Assembly: GCA_016200265.1 (NCBI GenBank)
Contig: JACQFE010000003.1
Span: forward strand, 1,126 to 65,125
Source of the DNA: Planctomycetota bacterium
GTDB lineage: Bacteria; Planctomycetota; Phycisphaerae; UBA1845
DNA length: 64,000 nt
Reading direction: 5' to 3'
The stretch's first letter is position 1. Each line of letters starts with the position of its first letter. Both the position numbers and the translations under genes were made by a program. Below the pieces are notes generated by a model. It did no database searches. It was not told where the DNA came from and saw nothing but the letters and a program-made list of their open reading frames with translations. Of this stretch, positions 26,065 to 37,690 are shown piece by piece.

Positions 26065-29000
26065 ATGCCCTGGCGATTCGCAATTGATGTCGGCGGCACG
26101 TTCACGGACGTCGTCGCGCGCACGCCCGATGGCGCAGTTGTCACATGCAAGCTGCTCAGCTCGGGGGCGGTCCGCGGGGTTTGCGACGCGGGCTCAACTC
26201 CGGATTGCATCGCGGATCATCGAAGGAGCGGTGAGTCGCCCAGATTGTGGGATGCGTACACACTTCATCTGCTGGACGACGATGGTTCCGCCGGACAAGA
26301 CTTCAAATCCACCCGAGACGCCGGCGCATGCGGCTCAGTCGAGGCCCTGATCAAACGCCATGATGCATCAACGGGTCGGCTGCATTTGGACAAGCAATTG
26401 CCCTTCAGAACATTGATTGGCCGTTCGTATGAATTGCGCAGTCACGAAGAGGCTCCGGTTGTCGCCATTCGTCAAGTCATGGGAATGCGATTGAACGATG
26501 TGATCGGGCCGATCGAAGTGCGGCTGGGCACGACCCGCGCGACCAACGCCCTTCTGGAGCGAAAGGGTTCTCGCGTCGCGTTCGTCACTACGAAAGGATT
26601 CGGAGACGTCTTGCGGATCGGCTATCAAGACCGCCCCGCCCTATTCAACCTGAATATCCGCAAACGTGACGAACTATACGAATGCTCCGTTGAGATTGAC
26701 GAACGACTCGATTTTGCCGGCCACGTGCTGCGGTCACCGAATTTGACCGACATCCGCTCGCAACTCCAGGAACTACTCAGTCGCGGCATTGAGGCACTGG
26801 CAATCTGTTTTCTGCACGCCCACGTCAATCCGATTCATGAAGAGCAGGTGGCCGCAATCGCGGAAGAAACGGGCTTTCGACAAGTTTCCGTATCCTCGCG
26901 CATTTCGCGACTGGAGCGAATCGTGCCACGTGGTGACACCACGGTGGTCGACGCCTATTTGAGCGGCGTCATTCGCGGATACGTGGAATCGCTGCGTCGC
27001 TCGATGCCCAAGGCTAAGATTCGATTGATGGCCAGCGCGGGCGGGTTGATGGAGGCATCGCTGGCCAGCGGCAAAGACACCATCCTCAGCGGACCGGCGG
27101 GCGGCGTCGTGGGATGCGCTCAAATCAGCCGGGCCGCGGGGTTCGATCGCGTCATCGGCTTCGACATGGGCGGCACGAGCACGGACGTTTCGCGCGTCGA
27201 GCCGCCGCCGAATTCATTTCAATACGAAAACGAAACCGTCAAGGCCGGCGTGAGGATCATGAGGCCGATGCTCGGAGTCGAAACGGTGGCCGCAGGCGGC
27301 GGAAGCACTTGCTTTTTTGACGGTCTTCACCTCTGCGTCGGCCCGAAGAGCGCGGGGGCGGATCCGGGTCCGGCGTGTTACGGTCGCGGCGGCCCACTGA
27401 CCATCACGGACATGAATCTTTACATCGGTCGTCTGGCCGCTGAACACTTTCCGTTTCCTCTCGATCGAGACGTCGTAGACCAAAAGTTGCGGGACCTCAC
27501 CGCGCAACTGCGCGGCGCAACGGGCTCGACGCTTTCACCCAAAGAACTGGCGGAGGGTTTCATTCGAATCGCAAACGATCACATGGCCGCCGCCATCAAA
27601 CGGATCTCGGTCGCGAAGGGCTACGATGTTCGTGAGTACGCCCTGTGCACGTTTGGCGGGGCAGGCGGTCAACATGCATGCGCAATCGCGCGGTCACTGG
27701 GAATGACCCGAATTCTTTGCAGCCCGTATGCGGGAGTTCTCAGTGCATTCGGGATTGGCGCCGCCGAAGTCAAACGATTCGGACAACAAAGCGCCCAATT
27801 GCCGCTAGATGCCGACGGCCTGAAGGAAGCAGAGACCATTTTCGAGCGGCTCGAATCGCATACGCGGGCTGAACTCGTCCGAGAAGGAAACGACGCCAAC
27901 AACATTCGCAGCATCCGATCGATCGATTTGTGCTATGCGGGCCAGTCCAGCACGCTTACCGTCCAATTCGGCGACGCTCAGAAAATGGCCCGCGAATTCG
28001 CCAACGCCCACGAACGATGTTATGGCTATCGGCACGGGCATCGTGCAATCGAGATTCGCGCCATTCGCGTCGAGTCGGTTGCCATTGCAAAATCAATTGA
28101 GTCCTGCAGCGCAGCACATCATGTGACAACCAAAGGTCGTCAATCGATCGAGGATCAATCGGCGTTCGTCCCAAACCGCGCAAGCGTTGACGCTCCACCC
28201 GTATATGACCGCAGCGATCTTGATTTTGCGGAGTACATTCGCGGCCCGGCGGTGATTGTTGAAGAGCACAGCACCATCTTTGTAGAATGTGGTTGGAAAG
28301 CGCAGATTGTTGCCAGCGGAGATATTCTCCTGACTGATCGCGGCGCCGGGCGAACGCTCGATGCTGCGTCGTCACTTGCCACTTCGCGTAGCGCGACCAT
28401 CAACCCAATCCAACTCGAGCTTTTTCGCAATCATTTCGCAGCCATCGCCGAGCAGATGGGCGAAACGCTCCGTCGAACAGCCCTTTCCACCAACGTCAAG
28501 GAGCGACTCGATTTCTCATGCGCGATCTTCGACACCGATGGAAACCTCGTCGTCAATGCCCCACACATTCCCGTCCATCTCGGTGGAATGAGCGAATGCG
28601 TGCGCTGCCTAATGGCCGATGTCGGTGAGTTTCGCCGCGGTGACGTCTATGTCACCAACGATCCGTATCGCGGCGGCTCGCACCTCAACGACGTAACGAT
28701 CATCACTCCCATCCATGATCGCGGCGGCGACAAACTCATCTTTTTTGTGGCCAACCGCGCTCATCACGCGGAAATTGGCGGAACGCGACCGGGATCCATG
28801 CCGCCGAATTCAACATGCCTCGCCGAAGAAGGCGTAGTGATCCGGGCATTTCGCTATGTCGCCGATGGAGACGTGCAAGCCGACGCGCTTCGCTCGATTC
28901 TCTCGAATGCCCCCTATCCGTCGCGTAATCCGGATGACAACATGGCGGACATCGATGCCCAGGTGGCCGCCAACCAGACGGGAGTTCGTGAACTACTGGC

Positions 29001-29949
29001 GACGGTTGATCGGCATGGGCTGCATTTCGTCACCACGTATATCGAGGCCATTCAGGCCTCGGCCGAACGCAAGATGCGTGCCGCTATTCGCAATCTCCAG
29101 CAAGGCGAGCGGCAATTTGAGGATCGGCTTGATGACGGCACGCCGATCCGACTTCGCATCGACATTCACGGCGATCATGCCGTGCTCGATTTCACGGGCA
29201 CGGGTCCGGTGCATCCCGGCAACTTCAACGCGAACCGCGCGATCGTATTCAGCGCCGTGCTGTATTGCTTCCGATGCCTGATCGTAGACGACATTCCCCT
29301 GAATTCAGGCGTTTTGGCCCCGATCACAATCCTGTTGCCGGAATGTTTCCTGAATCCGTCCCGCAACGACGATCCACGACGATGTCCGGCCGTCGCCGCT
29401 GGTAACGTGGAAACGTCGCAACGCATAGTCGATACAATTTTCGGTGCACTCGGCATCATGGCCGCAAGCCAGGGTACAATGAACAATCTGCTCATCGGGA
29501 ATGAGCGATTCGGCTACTATGAGACAATCTGCGGCGGCGCGGGCGCCGGACCGGGATTTCACGGAGCGGACGCAGTTCATACGCACATGACCAACACGCG
29601 ACTCACGGACCCCGAAGTCCTCGAATCACGATATCCGCTCAGGCTCTATCGATTCCAAATTCGACCCGATTCGGGCGGCGATGGCCTATTTCACGGCGGT
29701 TGTGGAGTGCTTCGCGAACTGGAGTTCCTTGAGCCGCTGGAAGTGTCGATTATCAGTCAACGCAGGCTGACTTCCCCGTATGGAGTAGGCGGCGGGCTGG
29801 CAGGCGCATCGGGCAAGAACTTGTTGATTGGCTCGACCGGAGGGTCCGTGCAAGAACTGCCCCCAACCGCTACGTTTCGGGCGTCTAAAGGCGACCGGCT
29901 GATAATCGAGACTCCCGGAGGCGGGGGATGGGGTAATTCAAGTCTGTAA
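26065..29949 (+). CDS. oplA: Hydantoinase/5-oxoprolinase (fused A+B, ATP-hydrolysing)
   Basis: [87 protein letters not shown]. Confidence 0.93.
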   Translation: MPWRFAIDVGGTFTDVVARTPDGAVVTCKLLSSGAVRGVCDAGSTPDCIADHRRSGESPRLWDAYTLHLLDDDGSAGQDFKSTRDAGACGSVEALIKRHDASTGRLHLDKQLPFRTLIGRSYELRSHEEAPVVAIRQVMGMRLNDVIGPIEVRLGTTRATNALLERKGSRVAFVTTKGFGDVLRIGYQDRPALFNLNIRKRDELYECSVEIDERLDFAGHVLRSPNLTDIRSQLQELLSRGIEALAICFLHAHVNPIHEEQVAAIAEETGFRQVSVSSRISRLERIVPRGDTTVVDAYLSGVIRGYVESLRRSMPKAKIRLMASAGGLMEASLASGKDTILSGPAGGVVGCAQISRAAGFDRVIGFDMGGTSTDVSRVEPPPNSFQYENETVKAGVRIMRPMLGVETVAAGGGSTCFFDGLHLCVGPKSAGADPGPACYGRGGPLTITDMNLYIGRLAAEHFPFPLDRDVVDQKLRDLTAQLRGATGSTLSPKELAEGFIRIANDHMAAAIKRISVAKGYDVREYALCTFGGAGGQHACAIARSLGMTRILCSPYAGVLSAFGIGAAEVKRFGQQSAQLPLDADGLKEAETIFERLESHTRAELVREGNDANNIRSIRSIDLCYAGQSSTLTVQFGDAQKMAREFANAHERCYGYRHGHRAIEIRAIRVESVAIAKSIESCSAAHHVTTKGRQSIEDQSAFVPNRASVDAPPVYDRSDLDFAEYIRGPAVIVEEHSTIFVECGWKAQIVASGDILLTDRGAGRTLDAASSLATSRSATINPIQLELFRNHFAAIAEQMGETLRRTALSTNVKERLDFSCAIFDTDGNLVVNAPHIPVHLGGMSECVRCLMADVGEFRRGDVYVTNDPYRGGSHLNDVTIITPIHDRGGDKLIFFVANRAHHAEIGGTRPGSMPPNSTCLAEEGVVIRAFRYVADGDVQADALRSILSNAPYPSRNPDDNMADIDAQVAANQTGVRELLATVDRHGLHFVTTYIEAIQASAERKMRAAIRNLQQGERQFEDRLDDGTPIRLRIDIHGDHAVLDFTGTGPVHPGNFNANRAIVFSAVLYCFRCLIVDDIPLNSGVLAPITILLPECFLNPSRNDDPRRCPAVAAGNVETSQRIVDTIFGALGIMAASQGTMNNLLIGNERFGYYETICGGAGAGPGFHGADAVHTHMTNTRLTDPEVLESRYPLRLYRFQIRPDSGGDGLFHGGCGVLRELEFLEPLEVSIISQRRLTSPYGVGGGLAGASGKNLLIGSTGGSVQELPPTATFRASKGDRLIIETPGGGGWGNSSL

Positions 29950-30182
29950 CGAATAGATTTGCGGATCACCCAAGGGAAAGAGTTGATTGTCTTTAATACA
30001 GGTTCCGTCGTCGTAATTCTTGGAGTAAGCCCACAGTTCCAGGAAATATAGGTCGCTGGTGAACCTTTACGCGCTAGAATGAAAATTGTAGGGACATGGC
30101 GAAATCACTATCCTAAGATTTCTTGTTCCATGGCAAAAAGGACCGCGATTTGCCACAGCAAGTTGCCAATTCCGGGGGATGA

Positions 30183-31826
30183 GTGCTCAGGCTCAATCGA
30201 TTCTTGACTGGAAGAGTTTTGAGCGGGAGGGCGCGCAATCAACCAGCAAAGCCCAATACGATTCGTATCCGATATCCGCAAAAATTAGGCAGAACTTCGG
30301 CTTGCCTGCGAACAATTCATGCTGTCATGCTCGCAATCCTGGCCTTTGTTTCGATCGCCGCGAAACCTCGCCTCATTGAAGCCACATGCGGACGAAAAGT
30401 ACCAGCCCCACCGATCAAGCCTATCACCGCATCTTCAGGAACGGCGATTACGAACGTCGATGTAACTTCGCACGCGTTGTATTCAGGCGGCGCTCCGGTG
30501 GGTGATTTCACGGCCATGGCGTGGCTCAAGCTGGTCCATGACGCCGACGCAGAAAAAACGCTGATTGTCATTGGCGGCAATCCATCTGCGCCACTGTATC
30601 GCAACACGCATTGGGTTTACCTCGCGGACGACGGGAGCACGCTGGCCATGGGTTCTTTGACTCCAGCGCACTTTCTCGGTACCGGCGGCGATCTTCAAGA
30701 AAACGTCTGGCACCACGTCGCTCTGGTGGGAAATACGGATCCGGCTCAAGTATTTTAGCTCTATTTTGATGGTCATCTTGTGGCCACCGGGCAGGAAACG
30801 ACCGATCCGCAGCAACCATACGTTCCTGGAATGGTGGAGTTCGGCGGTTTGACGGGTCACGATTCGGACCACTTCAGCGGATCATTTTGCGGCGCGATGA
30901 TTTTCAACCGCAAACTGAGTGCAAGTGAAATCCGAGGCCAAATGCACTATCTGACGCCATTGACTCCCGCATGGGGTGCGTGGGCGCTTCAGACGAGCGC
31001 CGATCTCGCTGATATGAGCGGCAATGGCAGAAACATGACGGCGACCGGAATCCCGTTCGTCGATGATCCGAAAGGCCCGCGGGTCTCACTTGCACCACGA
31101 AGCGAGGGCCCGTGCGCGTCACTTCCAAATGGGACATCCTGCGACGACGGTAATGCCTGCACAACGAGTGACGTGTGCATGAACGGAATATGCCTCGGCA
31201 TCACATTCACCTGCGACGATGGTAATGCGTGCACGGATGATTCGTGCAACCCGACAACCGGCTGCACGCACAGCAACCGATCCGGATCGTGCGATGACGG
31301 GAACGAATGCACGGATGATTCCTGCGATCCTGTCGCCGGGTGCCAGTATGCCAACAACTCAGCCGCTTGCGATGACCATGACAGTTGTACGGAGAATGAT
31401 GCCTGCGATTCCGGCGTTTGCAGCGGATCACTCATTCCCGATTGCGTCGAATGCTCGGTTGATGGCGACTGCGATGATCAGAACGAGTGCACGACAGACC
31501 AGTGTCAATCGGGTATTTGCGTGCGTTCGGCCAATTCCAATCCATGTGATGACGGAAATGCCTGCACAACCGACGATTCACGCGTGGATTAAGTTTGCAC
31601 CGGCACGGCAATTGGTTGCGATGACGGTAACCAATGCACCGATGACTCATGCGATCCCACGACAGGATGCGTGAATTTGAATCTCGCAGGAACCTGCGAC
31701 GACGGCAATGCCTGTACGACGAATGACGCCTGTGTTGACGGAACCTGCGTGGGCGGCGATCCGGTCCAATGTCCTGAAGGCAGCGAATGCGTTGACGGAA
31801 AATGCATCTCTATCAACGGGCCGTGA
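30183..31826 (+). pseudogene. Secreted LamG-like (ConA-fold) plus Cys-rich CDDGNxCT repeat protein interrupted by two in-frame stops
   Basis: One continuous frame with TAG at 30756 (WHHVALV...QVF*LYFDG) and TAA at 31590 (DDSRVD*VCTG). The repeats continue to TGA 31824-31826. Confidence 0.8.
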
Positions 31827-31829
31827 AAG

Positions 31830-32966
31830 CTATGCCAATCCTCTTGCGATCACCAACCGATGAATCTCGCTCGTACCCTCGTACAGCTCCGTGATGCGTG
31901 CATCTCGCAGGAAGCGCTCCACGGGATAATCGCAGATGTAGCCGTAGCCACCAAAGACCTGTACGGCGTGATTGGCAGCTTTTGAAGCGATTTCGCTGGC
32001 GAAGAGTTTGGCCATCGCCGCGGCCTGACCATATTCGCGACCTAAGTCCTTGAGCCACGCGGCATGGTAGATCAATTCCCGCGCCGCAGCCACGCCGACG
32101 GCCATGTCCGCGATTTTGTTTTGAATGGCCTGAAATGCCCCGATCGGCTTGTTGAATTGCACGCGCGTGCGGGCGTATTTAGTTGCCTCATAGAGTGACG
32201 CCTCGGCAATTCCCAGTGCCTGTGCGGCAATGCCGATGCGACCGCCGTCCAGCGTCTTCAGGGCGACGTGCATTCCGCGGCCGCGCTCGCCAAGCAGTGC
32301 CTCACGTGGGACGATGCAATCCTCGAAAACGTATTCGGCCGTTGACGAACACTTGATGCCCAACTTCTTTTCGAGCTTCCCGATGCGAAGGCCCCTGGTC
32401 GGCTTCTCGACGATGAACGCGCTCAAACGCCGCTTGGGTTCATCAGGATCGGTCACTGCGATGAGCATCATGACGCCGGCTTCCTTGCCGTTGGTGATGA
32501 AAATCTTGGTGCCGGTGATGTGCCAGCCGTCGTCCTTCAGAACGGCCATGCAAGTGGCCGCTCCGGCGTCGCTGCCGCTGCCCGGCTCGGTCAGGGAGAG
32601 ACAGCCGATCAGCTCACCGCTCGCCATGCGCGGTAAGTATTTTTTCTTTTGCTCGGGGCTGCCGAATCGCAAGATCGGATCGACGCAGAGGGAATTGTGG
32701 GCGCTTAGCAGCACGCCTGTGCCGGCGCAGGCCTTTGAAATCTCTTCAACAACGATTGAAGACGCGATCGTACCCATGCCCGCGCCGCCGAATTCCGATG
32801 GGATCGCGATGCCGAACAAGCCCAATTCGCCAAGCTGCTTGATCAGTTCTCGCGGCATTTCCGCGGAGTGATCGCGAGCTTCCGCCCCCTTCGCTACTTC
32901 CCTGAAGGAAAACTCGCGAATTTGCTGTTGCAACATCCGATGATCGTCGTCAAATTCGAAGTCCAT
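31830..32966 (-). CDS. Acyl-CoA dehydrogenase (short/branched-chain type)
   Basis: LTEPGSGSD, GTKIFITNG, KLGIKCS, LDGGRIGIAAQALG, RITELYEGTSEI. Confidence 0.95.
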   Translation of the reverse strand: MDFEFDDDHRMLQQQIREFSFREVAKGAEARDHSAEMPRELIKQLGELGLFGIAIPSEFGGAGMGTIASSIVVEEISKACAGTGVLLSAHNSLCVDPILRFGSPEQKKKYLPRMASGELIGCLSLTEPGSGSDAGAATCMAVLKDDGWHITGTKIFITNGKEAGVMMLIAVTDPDEPKRRLSAFIVEKPTRGLRIGKLEKKLGIKCSSTAEYVFEDCIVPREALLGERGRGMHVALKTLDGGRIGIAAQALGIAEASLYEATKYARTRVQFNKPIGAFQAIQNKIADMAVGVAAARELIYHAAWLKDLGREYGQAAAMAKLFASEIASKAANHAVQVFGGYGYICDYPVERFLRDARITELYEGTSEIHRLVIARGLA

Positions 32967-33065
32967 GAAACTGCTCACTGCGTTCATTCTCGGTGGGTAC
33001 GGCCCACCCTACTTTCTTACGCCCCCTGTATCGGTTTTTCGACTTTTGGATTTTTGGGCGTTTCC

Positions 33066-34208
33066 TCAAATGTCCAGCATGTGTCTTGCGATAATGATCC
33101 GCTGCACCTGGCTCGATCCCTCACCGATTTCGCAGAGTTTTGCATCGCGCATGTAGCGCTCGACCGGAAATTCTTTTGTATAACCGTTTCCGCCTTCAAT
33201 CTGAATCGCATTGAGGCACGCACGAGTCGCCATTTCGCTGGTAAAAAGCTTCGCCATCGACGCCTCGATATTACTCGGCTTGCCGGCGTCCGAGAGAATT
33301 CCGGCCTTATGCACCAGGAGCCGACCGGCGTTGATCTCCATGGCCATATCCGCCAGCATGAACTGGATCGATTGATGCTCGAAAATCGGCTTGCCGAACG
33401 CCTGTCGCTGCTTGGCATATCCGAGAGATTCTTCGAACGCACCGCGAGCGAGGCCCACGGACATCGCGGAAATCGTAATTCGTCCGCGTTCGAGAACTTT
33501 CATCGCATCGATGAAGCCCTCATTGAGCGTGCCGCACAAGGCATCTTTCGGTATCCGGCAATCGTCGAATGTCAGTCCGACGGTGTCCGACGCCCGCATT
33601 CCGAACTTGTCTTCCTTTTTCGCGCGGATGAAGCCGGGCGTATCTCGTTCGACCAGAAATGCGCTGATCCCGCGAGCCCCGCCCTCGGGCTTGGTTTTCG
33701 CCATCACGACGTAAACGCCAGCGTAATGGCCGTTGGTGATCCAGTGTTTCGAACCATTGAGGACCCACTGATCGCCATTCAAAGTGGCTGTCGTGGTCAG
33801 GGCGGCCGCATCGCTGCCGCAACCCGGCTCCGACAGGCACCATGCGCCAAGATAGTCGCCACGGGCCAGACACGGCAGGTATTTGGCTTTCTGTTCGGCG
33901 TTGGCCGCACGGATGATATGGGCGGAGCAAAGTGCGTTGTGGGCATCGAGCATGAGGGCTGTCGCCCCGCAATGCCGGGCGATTTCCTCCATGATGACCG
34001 AGGCGCCAAGATCACCCAACCCGCAACCGCCGTATTCGGTCGGCGTAAAAATGCCCAGGAAGCCAAGCTCCGCGAGCTTAGCAACAATATCGCGGGGAAT
34101 GTCCGCATTCCGGTCCCAGTCTCGCGCGTGCGGAGCGATTTCGTCGGCCGCGAATCGGCGAGCGACATCCTGTAGCGCCAAAAGATCGTCTGAAAGGTCG
34201 TAATCCAA
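33066..34208 (-). CDS. Acyl-CoA dehydrogenase
   Basis: LSEPGCGSD, GSKHWITNG, KFGMRAS, LERGRITI, KLCEIGEGSSQVQR; probable TTG start at 34208. Confidence 0.95.
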   Translation of the reverse strand: MDYDLSDDLLALQDVARRFAADEIAPHARDWDRNADIPRDIVAKLAELGFLGIFTPTEYGGCGLGDLGASVIMEEIARHCGATALMLDAHNALCSAHIIRAANAEQKAKYLPCLARGDYLGAWCLSEPGCGSDAAALTTTATLNGDQWVLNGSKHWITNGHYAGVYVVMAKTKPEGGARGISAFLVERDTPGFIRAKKEDKFGMRASDTVGLTFDDCRIPKDALCGTLNEGFIDAMKVLERGRITISAMSVGLARGAFEESLGYAKQRQAFGKPIFEHQSIQFMLADMAMEINAGRLLVHKAGILSDAGKPSNIEASMAKLFTSEMATRACLNAIQIEGGNGYTKEFPVERYMRDAKLCEIGEGSSQVQRIIIARHMLDI

Positions 34209-34503
34209 GGTCTCGGACCTCACGTTTAAAAGGTATACCAATTTCACCAGAGAGTTTACCAACAGGTGAAAGCCTCGTCACGTTTCACGACGGATGACGC
34301 ACCGGAAGCCGAGGTCCGCGGCGTTTTTCGGCATTTCGTGACATGAATTCGGAACACCGCAAATCCCGCAGCAACACGATCTTGCAAGTCGGGATCGGAT
34401 AGGCTATAGATTCCACACTGTCGGCCTGTTAGCTCGGGATGGACCACCGGACGAGCGTTCACAAAATGTCGACTGCACGGACTTTGGATCACGGAGAATC
34501 AGC

Positions 34504-35391
34504 TTGAGCACCCTTACGAAAGTTTTCGTCGTCGTCCTCGTGGTGTGTAGCATTGCGTTTACCACGATGACTATTTCGACCGTCGCCCAGACCGCGAACT
34601 GGCACGATACGGCCATCAAATATGAGCAAAACGCGCGGGTGGCGGATACGACACTGCGACAAATGATCGCCGCCAGTGCTGCGGAAGATGCGGCCGTTCG
34701 CGACGCGAATAAGGGTCTTAGCGAGCGAATCGGGCAGCTTGAGGCTGATCTACAGAAGCTCGGCACGGAATCGGCTCAAATGAAAGCTGATCTGGCGAAA
34801 GCCGATTCGGAGAAGAGTAGTTCGGAGGCCATGAATCGCGGTCTGCTTGCTTCGCTTCAAATGGCCGAGGCCAGCCGTCAGGAATATCGCAAGCAGCGCG
34901 ACGACATTGAAAAAGGCAACATCGAGCTCCAGCAGCGGAATATCGATCTCAGCGGCCGGGTCAATGAGCTGACGGCAAAAGTGTCCGTGCTGATGGAGCA
35001 GAAGCGCCAATACGAGCAGCAACTGAACATTCTCAAAACGGAAAATGAGAGAGTCGCCACGGAGACCCAGCGCCCTTCCGTGGCAGGAGGGATGGAAAAC
35101 CCAAACGGAGTAATGCCGAATATCAAAGCATTAACTCCGGTGTCCGCAACGCCAATCCGAGGGAAGGTCATGGAGGTGACTGGAGATTCAGTTAGTTTGA
35201 GCGTCGGCTCATCGGACGGGGTCCAAAAAGACATGGTTTTCGTGGTCCATCGCAACGGCGACTATGTGGCGGACGTCAAGATTGTCAGTGTCGAACCGAA
35301 TCGCTCGGCTGGAAAAGTAATAAAAAAGGCCAGCGGACCGCAACCAAGCGATCAGATTACCGACGCGCTCTCTTTAAGTTCAACAAAATAA
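34504..35391 (+). CDS. Membrane-anchored coiled-coil protein with C-terminal beta-barrel
   Basis: N-terminal TM TLTKVFVVVLVVCSIAF, long heptads, VSLSVGSSDGVQKDMVFVVHR. Confidence 0.85.
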   Translation: MSTLTKVFVVVLVVCSIAFTTMTISTVAQTANWHDTAIKYEQNARVADTTLRQMIAASAAEDAAVRDANKGLSERIGQLEADLQKLGTESAQMKADLAKADSEKSSSEAMNRGLLASLQMAEASRQEYRKQRDDIEKGNIELQQRNIDLSGRVNELTAKVSVLMEQKRQYEQQLNILKTENERVATETQRPSVAGGMENPNGVMPNIKALTPVSATPIRGKVMEVTGDSVSLSVGSSDGVQKDMVFVVHRNGDYVADVKIVSVEPNRSAGKVIKKASGPQPSDQITDALSLSSTK

Positions 35392-35416
35392 ATCACTGAG
35401 GAATGAGGTTTATTGA

Positions 35417-35566
35417 ATGAGCGAACGACCGATCGGACAACCTGAAGACAACATCTATACGATCCTGCTGATGATTGCGTCGGTCATTGTTCTGGTCGGT
35501 ACGGTCTATCTCGTGGCTCGCCATCAGCATTTCTTTGGCACATGGAATCCTTTCACAAAGGCCTGA
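35417..35566 (+). CDS. 49-aa single-TM protein missed by the ORF track
   Basis: GAGGT RBS; MSERPIGQPEDNIYTILLMIASVIVLVGTVYLVARHQHFFGTWNPFTKA. Confidence 0.7.
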   Translation: MSERPIGQPEDNIYTILLMIASVIVLVGTVYLVARHQHFFGTWNPFTKA

Positions 35567-35728
35567 CCTAAACCCGCCCTCTGCTAGAATAGTCACAATG
35601 AGTCGAAGTGTTGCCCTTGGTGGGTGATGCTGGCAGCTGTGATGCTGAGCGTAGCGACGCATCTCGAATTCGATGTTCTTCGGCCGGCCCCGGCGGCCTC
35701 AGAATGACGGCCGTGTGACGGAACATCA

Positions 35729-37639
35729 ATGTCAGACCCACGCACAATTGTTGTTCGCGGAGCGCGAGAACATAATCTTCGCAATGTCTCGCTCACGCTA
35801 CCGCACGGAAAGTTGATTTGTTTCACCGGCGTTTCCGGCAGCGGCAAGAGTAGCTTCGCATTCGACACACTCTACGCCGAGGGGCAGCGCCGCTATCTTG
35901 AATCGCTGAGCTCCTACGCTCGCCAATTCCTGGGTCAGCTTGCCAAACCCGACGTCGATCAAATTACCGGCCTAAGCCCCTCGGTTTCGATTCAACAGAA
36001 AACAAGCGGCTGGAACCCAAGAAGTACGGTGGGCACGGTCACGCAGATTCACGATTACCTGCGCGTGTTGTTCGCCCGGATCGGCAAGCAGCATTGTCCG
36101 CAATGCGGTAAACCGATCAGCGCTCAAACGCGAGAGCAGATCGTCGCGAGGATCATGGAGCTGGGCGAAGGCACGAAAGTCCACATTCTGGCCCCTGTAA
36201 TTCGCGGACAAAAAGGCGAGCATCGCGACTTATTCGAGGACATGCTGCGAAAAGGATATGCACGAGCACGTGTCGACGGGGCCGTCCATTCCCTATCAGA
36301 GCCGCCGCAGCTGACAAAAACTTTGCGGCATGATATCGAAATCGTTGTCGATCGCATTGTGCTGTCGGATGCCGGGCACGCGCGGCTGGCGGAGGCCGTT
36401 GAACAAGCACTCAAGCTCGGCGTGGGTTCGCTGATCGTACAGCAAGTTAATTCGGATCAATCCGCCGGCTCTGAAGCGCAAGCGAATTCGAAAAAAACAA
36501 GAGCCACAGCAGCCGACGACCTCTTGCTGTCGTCTCAATTCGCCTGCCCGAACTGCCGACTCAGCTTCAGCTCGCCATCGCCCCAGTTGTTCAGCTTCAA
36601 CTCACCGCAGGGAATGTGCTTAAACTGCGAAGGGCTGGGCACAAGCTACGATTTCGATCCCGACTCGCTCGTCCCCAACCCGAAAAAATCGTTCCTGAAT
36701 CTGGCGATCGAGCCCATGCGCACGCGCATAGGCCGATGGCGGCGACACATTTATCGCGGCATCGCCAAACACGTCGGATTCGATCTCGAAGCGCCGTGGG
36801 AGAAGTTATCGAAGAAGGCTCGCATGGCCCTTCTTTTTGGGCTAGGCGACAAACACGTGACCTATGAGTGGAAATGGTCGGGTGGCGTCTGGCGGCATGG
36901 CGGGAAGTTCGAAGGGGTCGTCGCGGAGCTGCGCGAAAAGCATCGAAAGGCCCAGTCTCCGATGGTGCGGGCGTATTATGAAAAATACATGCGCAAGGCC
37001 GTTTGCCAATCGTGCAAAGGCGCGAGGCTCAACTCGCAGGCGCTTTCGATCCGAATTGCAGACCGGAATTTGAACGACGTGTGCGCGATGGCTGTGCGCG
37101 AAGCGCGTGATTGGGCCGGCGGTTTGACGCTCACCAAAACCGAGCAGGCTATCGCCCATGATGTGCTCCGCGAAATTCGAGGACGTCTGGGCTTCTTGTG
37201 CGACGTCGGGCTGGACTATCTATCGCTGGATCGCACGGCCCCAACTCTCTCAGGCGGTGAATCCCAGCGAATTCGGCTCGCGAGTCAGATTGGCGCGGGA
37301 CTCGTCGGAGTTCTTTACGTGCTCGACGAACCGAGCATCGGCTTGCACCCGCGAGACAACGACCGGCTGCTTCAGTCACTTCTGCGATTGCGCAACATGG
37401 GCAACACGGTGATTGTCGTCGAACATGATGAGCAGACGATGCTGGCTGCGGATGAGATTGTTGATTTCGGCCCGGGACCCGGCGTGCGCGGAGGAGAAAT
37501 TGTAGCCCAAGGGGATCTCGATACGATTCGGCGCTCGGAACGTTCAATTACGGGCCGATTCTTGCGCGGCGAGGAACGAATCGAAATTCCCCAAAAACGC
37601 AGATCCGTCAAGACCTCATCGCCTCTTGAAAACCAGTAA
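35729..37639 (+). CDS. uvrA: UvrA, first ABC module only (636 aa)
   Basis: GAREHNL, GVSGSGKSS, Zn-finger CxxC pairs, LSGGESQRIRLA, YVLDEPSIGLH, VEHD. It stops just before the expected second Walker A. Confidence 0.9.
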   Translation: MSDPRTIVVRGAREHNLRNVSLTLPHGKLICFTGVSGSGKSSFAFDTLYAEGQRRYLESLSSYARQFLGQLAKPDVDQITGLSPSVSIQQKTSGWNPRSTVGTVTQIHDYLRVLFARIGKQHCPQCGKPISAQTREQIVARIMELGEGTKVHILAPVIRGQKGEHRDLFEDMLRKGYARARVDGAVHSLSEPPQLTKTLRHDIEIVVDRIVLSDAGHARLAEAVEQALKLGVGSLIVQQVNSDQSAGSEAQANSKKTRATAADDLLLSSQFACPNCRLSFSSPSPQLFSFNSPQGMCLNCEGLGTSYDFDPDSLVPNPKKSFLNLAIEPMRTRIGRWRRHIYRGIAKHVGFDLEAPWEKLSKKARMALLFGLGDKHVTYEWKWSGGVWRHGGKFEGVVAELREKHRKAQSPMVRAYYEKYMRKAVCQSCKGARLNSQALSIRIADRNLNDVCAMAVREARDWAGGLTLTKTEQAIAHDVLREIRGRLGFLCDVGLDYLSLDRTAPTLSGGESQRIRLASQIGAGLVGVLYVLDEPSIGLHPRDNDRLLQSLLRLRNMGNTVIVVEHDEQTMLAADEIVDFGPGPGVRGGEIVAQGDLDTIRRSERSITGRFLRGEERIEIPQKRRSVKTSSPLENQ

Positions 37640-37690
37640 CTGCAAGCTGACCACTGATACCTGACTTCTGACAACTGCAACCTGCCTCAC
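37640..37690. repeat. Degenerate 7-mer tandem array between convergent genes
   Basis: ctgcaag-ctgacca-ctgatac-ctgactt-ctgacaa-ctgcaac. Confidence 0.6.

Noticed and set aside
30756-30758. In-frame TAG as pyrrolysine or amber recoding
   Set aside because: The same gene also has an in-frame TAA and a lost Cys, no pyl genes or tRNA-Pyl are visible, and several real genes in the window end in TAG.
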